A stretch of DNA of 64,000 nucleotides from Auanema rhodensis (lineage: Eukaryota > Animalia > Nematoda), in the NCBI GenBank assembly GCA_964057225.1, contig OZ059900.1, forward strand, positions 8,742,001-8,806,000. Direction: 5' to 3'. Both the position numbers and the translations under genes were made by a program. Positions 58,901-64,000 of this stretch are shown one piece after another. The notes under the pieces are model-generated. The model had not been told where the DNA came from. It ran no database searches and was given only the letters and a program-made list of their open reading frames with translations. Positions within the stretch are counted from its first letter, which is position 1; every line of letters begins with the position of its first letter.

Positions 58901-61900
58901 ATGAATCCTGAATATCAAATCCATATCTCAAAGGGTCTGATCAAAACAAACAGTTTTCACATGTTTTGTACCCAAAATCGTTGAATATATGGCGTTTTGA
59001 GCATAAAAAGGCCCATATTTCAATCAGTTTTGATATTCGTGCAAAATACACCTATATGAACATTCTTTGACAGTATTTCATACATTTAGTCGTTTTAGAA
59101 GAAAAAAATATGCTTAAGATCAAAAGTTTGACTGATTTTGCCAAAATGCCCTTCAAACCCCAAAAAACCAATAATTCTTGATATTTTCGGTCCTTTTTGA
59201 CGAAAGTGGTTAAAATTGGACATATATATGTAGAAATAGTCAAAGTTTATGAATCCTGAATTTCAAATCCATATCTCAAAGGGTCTGATCAAAACATACA
59301 GTTTTCACATGTTTTGTACCCAAAATCGTTGAATATATGGCGTTTTGAGCATAAAAAGGCCCATATTTCAATCAGTTTTGATATTCGTGCAAAATACACC
59401 TATATGAACATTCTTTGACAGTATTTCATACATTTAGTCGTTTTAGAAGAAAAAAATTTGCTTAAGATCAAAAGTTTGACTGATTTAGCCAAAATGCCCT
59501 TCAAACCCCAAAAAACCAATAATTCTTGATATTTTCGGTCCTTTTTGACCAAAGTGGTTAAAATTGAACATATATATGTAAAAATAGTCAAAGTTTATGA
59601 ATCCTGAATTTCAAATCCATATATCAAAGGGTCTGATCAAAACATACAGTTTTCACATGTTTTGTACCCAAAATCGTTGAATATATGGCGTTTTGAGCAT
59701 AAAAAGGCCCATATTTCAATCAGTTTTGATATTCGTGCAAAATACACTTATATCAACATTCTATGACAGTATTCCATACGTTTAGTCGTTTTAGAAGAAA
59801 AAAATATGCTTAAGATCAAAAGTTTGACTGATTTAGCCAAAATGCCCTTCAAACCCCAAAAAACCAATAATTCTTGATATTTTCGGTCCTTTTTGACCAA
59901 AGTGGTTAAAATTGGACATATAAATGTAAAAATAGTCAAAGTTTATGAATCCTGAATTTCAAATCCATATCTCAAAGGGTCTGATCAAAACATACAGTTT
60001 TCACATGTTTTGTACCCAAAATCGTTGAATATATGGCGTTTTGAGCATAAAAAGGCCCATATTTCAATCAGTTTTGATATTCGTGCAAAATACACCTATA
60101 TGAACATTCTTTGACAGTATTTCATACATTTAGTCGTTTTAGAAGAAAAAAATATGCTTAAGATCAAAAGTTTGACTGATTTTGCCAAAATGCCCTTCAA
60201 ACCCCAAAAAACCAATAATTCTTGATATTTTCGGTCCTTTTTGACCAAAGTGGTTAAAATTGAACATATATATGTAAAAATAGTCAAAGTTTATGAATCC
60301 TGAATTTCAAATCCATATCTCAAAGGGTCTGATCAAAACATACAGTTTTCACATGTTTTGTACCCAAAATCGTTGAATATATGGCGTTTTGAGCATAAAA
60401 AGGCCCATATTTCAATCAGTTTCGATATTCGTGCAAAATACACCTATATCAACATTCTATGACAGTATTCCATACATTTAGTCGTTTTAGAAGAAAAAAA
60501 TATGCTTAAGATCAAAAGTTTGACTGATTTTGCCAAAATGCCCTTCAATCCCCAAAAAACCAATAATTCTTGATATTTTCGGTCCTTTTTGACCAAAGTG
60601 GTTAAAATTGAACATATATATGTAAAAATAGTCAAAGTTAATGAATCCTGAATTTCAAATCCATATCTCAAAGGGTCTGATCAAAACATACAGTTTTCAC
60701 GAGTTTTGTACCCAAAATCGTTGAATATATGGCGTTTTGAGCATAAAAAGGCCCATATTTCAATCAGTTTTGATATTCGTGCAAAATACACCTATATGAA
60801 CATTCTTTGACAGTATTTCATACATTTAGTCGTTTTAGAAGAAAAAAATATGCTTAAGATCAAAAGTTTGACTGATTTTGCCAAAATGCCCTTCAAACCC
60901 CAAAAAACCAATAATTCTTGATATTTTCGGTCCTTTTTGACCAAAGTGGTTAAAATTGGACATATATATGTAAAAATAGTCAAAGTTTATGAATCCTGAA
61001 TTTCAAATCCATATCTCAAAGGGTCTGATCAAAACATACAGTTTTCACATGTTTTGTACCCAAAATCGTTGAATATATGGCGTTTTGAGCTTAAAAAGGC
61101 CCATATTTCAATCAGTTTTGATATTCGTGCAACATACACCTATATGAACATTCTATGACAGTATTTCATACATTTAGTCGTTTTAGAAGAAAAAAATATG
61201 CTTAAGATCAAAAGTTTGACTGATTTTGCCAAAATGCCTTTCAATCCCCAAAAAACCAATAATTCTTGATATTTTCGGTCCTTTTTGACCAAAGTGGTTA
61301 AAATTGGACATATATATGTGAAAATAGTCGAAGTTTATGAATCCTGAATTTCAAATCCATATCTCAAAGGGTCTGATCAAAACATACAGTTTTCACATGT
61401 TTTGTACCCAAAATCGTTGAATATATGGCGTTTTGAGCATAAAAAGGCCCATATTTCAATCAGTTTTGATATTCGTGCAAAATACACCTATATGAACATT
61501 CTATGACAGTATTTCATACATTTAGTCGTTTTAGAAGAAAAAAATATGCTTAAGATCAAAAGTTTGACTGATTTAGCCAAAATGTCCTTCAAACCCAAAA
61601 AACCAATAATTCTTGATATTTTCGGTCCTTTTTGACCAAAGTGGTTAAAATTGAACATATATATGTGAAAATAGTCAAAGTTAATGAATCCTGAATTCCA
61701 AATCCATATCTCAAAGGGTCTGATCAAAACATACAGTTTTCACATGTTTTGTACCCAAAATCGTTGAATATATGGCGTTTTGAGCATAAAAAGGCCCATA
61801 TTTCAATCAGTTTTGATATTCGTGCAAAATACACTTATATCAACATTCTATGACAGTATTCCATACGTTTAGTCGTTTTAGAAGAAAAAAATATGCTTAA

Positions 61901-64000
61901 GATCAAAAGTTTGACTGATTTAGCCAAAATGCCCTTCAAACCCCAAAAAACCAATAATTCTTGATATTTTCGGTCCTTTTTGACCAAAGTGGTTAAAATT
62001 GGACATATAAATGTAAAAATAGTCAAAGTTTATGAATCCTGAATTTCAAATCCATATCTCAAAGGGTCTGATCAAAACATACAGTTTTCACATGTTTTGT
62101 ACCCAAAATCGTTGAATATATGGCGTTTTGAGCATAAAAAGGCCCATATTTCAATCAGTTTTGATAATCGTGCAAAATACACCTATATGAACATTCTATG
62201 ACAGTATTACATACATTTAGTCGTTTTAGAAGAAAAAAATATGCTTAAGATCAAAAGTTTGACTGATTTTGCCAAAATGCCCTTCAAACCCCAAAAAACC
62301 AATAATTCTCGATATTTTCGGTCCTTTTTGACCAAAGTGGTTAAAATTGAACATATATATGTAAAAATAGTCAAAGTTTATGAATCCTGAATTTCAAATC
62401 CATATCTCAAAGGGTCTGATCAAAACATACAGTTTTCACATGTTTTGTACCCAAAATCGTTGAATATATGGCGTTTTGAGCATAAAAAGGCCCATATTTC
62501 AATCAGTTTTGATATTCGTGCAAAATACACTTATATCAACATTCTATGACAGTATTCCATACATTTAGTCGTTTTAGAAGAAAAAAATATGCTTAAGATC
62601 AAAAGTTTGACTGATTTTGCCAAAATGCCCTTCAAACCCCAAAAAACCAATAATTTTTGATATTTTCGGTCCTTTTTGACCAAAGTGGTTAAAATTGGAC
62701 ATATATATGTAGAAATAGTCGAAGTTTATGAATCCTGAATTTCAAATCCATATCTCAAAGGGTCTGATCAAAACATACAGTTTTCACATGTTTTGTACCC
62801 AAAATCGTTGAATATATGGCGTTTTGAGCATAAACCCCATATTTCAATCAGTTTTGATATTCGTGCAAAATACACCTATATGAACATTCTATGACAGTAT
62901 TTCATACATTTAGTCGTTTTAGAAGAAAAAAATATGCTTAAGATCAAAAGTTTGACTGATTTTGCCAAAATGCCCTTCAAACCCCAAAAAACCAATAATT
63001 CTTGATATTTTCGGTCCTTTTTGACCAAAGTGGTTAAAATTGGACATATATATGTAGAAATAGTCGAAGTTTATGAATCCTGAATTTCAAATCCATATCT
63101 CAAAGGGTCTGATCAAAACATACAGTTTTCACATGTTTTGTACCCAAAATCGTTGAATATATGGCGTTTTGAGCATAAAAAGGCCCATATTTCAATCAGT
63201 TTCGATATTCGTGCAAAATACACCTATATCAACATTCTATGACAGTATTCCATACATTTAGTCGTTTTAGAAGAGAAAAGTATGCTTAAGATCAAAAGTT
63301 TGACTGATTTTGCCAAAATGCCCTACAATCCCCAAAAAACCAATAATTCTTGATATTTTCGGTCCTTTTTGACCAAAGTGGTTAAAATTGAACATATATA
63401 TGTAAAAATAGTCAAAGTTTATGAATCCTGAATTTCAAATCCATATCTCAAAGGGTCTGATCAAAACATACAGTTTTCACATGTTTTGTACCCAAAATCG
63501 TTGAATATATGGCGTTTTGAGCATAAAAAGGCCCATATTTCAATCAGTTTTGATATTCGTGCAAAATACACCTATATGAACATTCTTTGACAGTATTTCA
63601 TACATTTAGTCGTTTTAGAAGAAAAAAATATGCTTAAGATCAAAAGTTTGACTGATTTTGCCAAAATGCCCTTCAATCCCCAAAAAACCAATAATTCTTG
63701 ATATTTTCGGTCCTTTTTGACCAAAGTGGTTAAAATTGAACATATATATGTAAAAATAGTCAAAGTTAATGAATCCTGAATTTCAAATCCATATCTCAAA
63801 GGGTCTGATCAAAACATACAGTTTTCACGAGTTTTGTACCCAAAATCGTTGAATATATGGCGTTTTGAGCATAAAAAGGCCCATATTTCAATCAGTTTTG
63901 ATATTCGTGCAAAATACACCTATATGAACATTCTTTGACAGTATTTCATACATTTAGTCGTTTTAGAAGAAAAAAATATGCTTAAGATCAAAAGTTTGAC

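Larger units (their letters stand above)
1..64000. repeat. Tandem satellite DNA array, 348-bp monomer, ~184 head-to-tail copies; runs off both ends of the window
   Basis: Position 349 restarts the sequence at position 1 (aaaaaaccaataattcttga...). ORF-track copies recur at 239, 587, 935... in steps of 348 across the window. All copies are in the same orientation and no non-repeat sequence was seen. Confidence 0.99.

Noticed and set aside
239-63799. About 110 copies of a 63-aa minus-strand ORF (MTIFTYICSILTTLVKKDRKYQELLVFWGLK...)
   Set aside because: The start is TTG and is lost in many copies through the common gtcgaag variant. Other copies gain stops (acctataa, actaat). No recognisable domain is present. 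The copy number reflects the repeat only.
1-64000. CRISPR array or other repeat-spacer system
   Set aside because: There are no unique spacers. The entire 348 bp is repeated.

Overview
The whole 64 kb window is one uninterrupted head-to-tail tandem array of a 348-bp AT-rich monomer (about 184 copies; about 31% GC by hand count of copy 1). It looks like eukaryotic satellite DNA, plausibly centromeric or pericentromeric heterochromatin. All copies are in the same orientation, I saw no transposon insertion or unique sequence, and the 348-bp register shifts only four times (-1 at ~4665, +2 at ~39323, -1 at ~61594, -3 at ~62833). Copies differ at only a few percent of positions. Shared variants reveal local subfamilies, nascent and variable higher-order repeats (2-, 4-, 5-, 6/7-, 9-mers) and exchanges over 17-25 kb. 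The ORF track (about 110 copies of a TTG-start 63-aa ORF) is an artefact of the repeat, and no gene is supported. The most unusual observation is that the monomer is exactly 116 codons and one + strand frame contains only TGA stops, so under a TGA-recoding code it would read through for about 22 kb twice. The evidence for real coding is weak and partly contradicted. The monomer also carries several dyads and a degenerate inverted repeat. I could not identify the organism or the satellite family.
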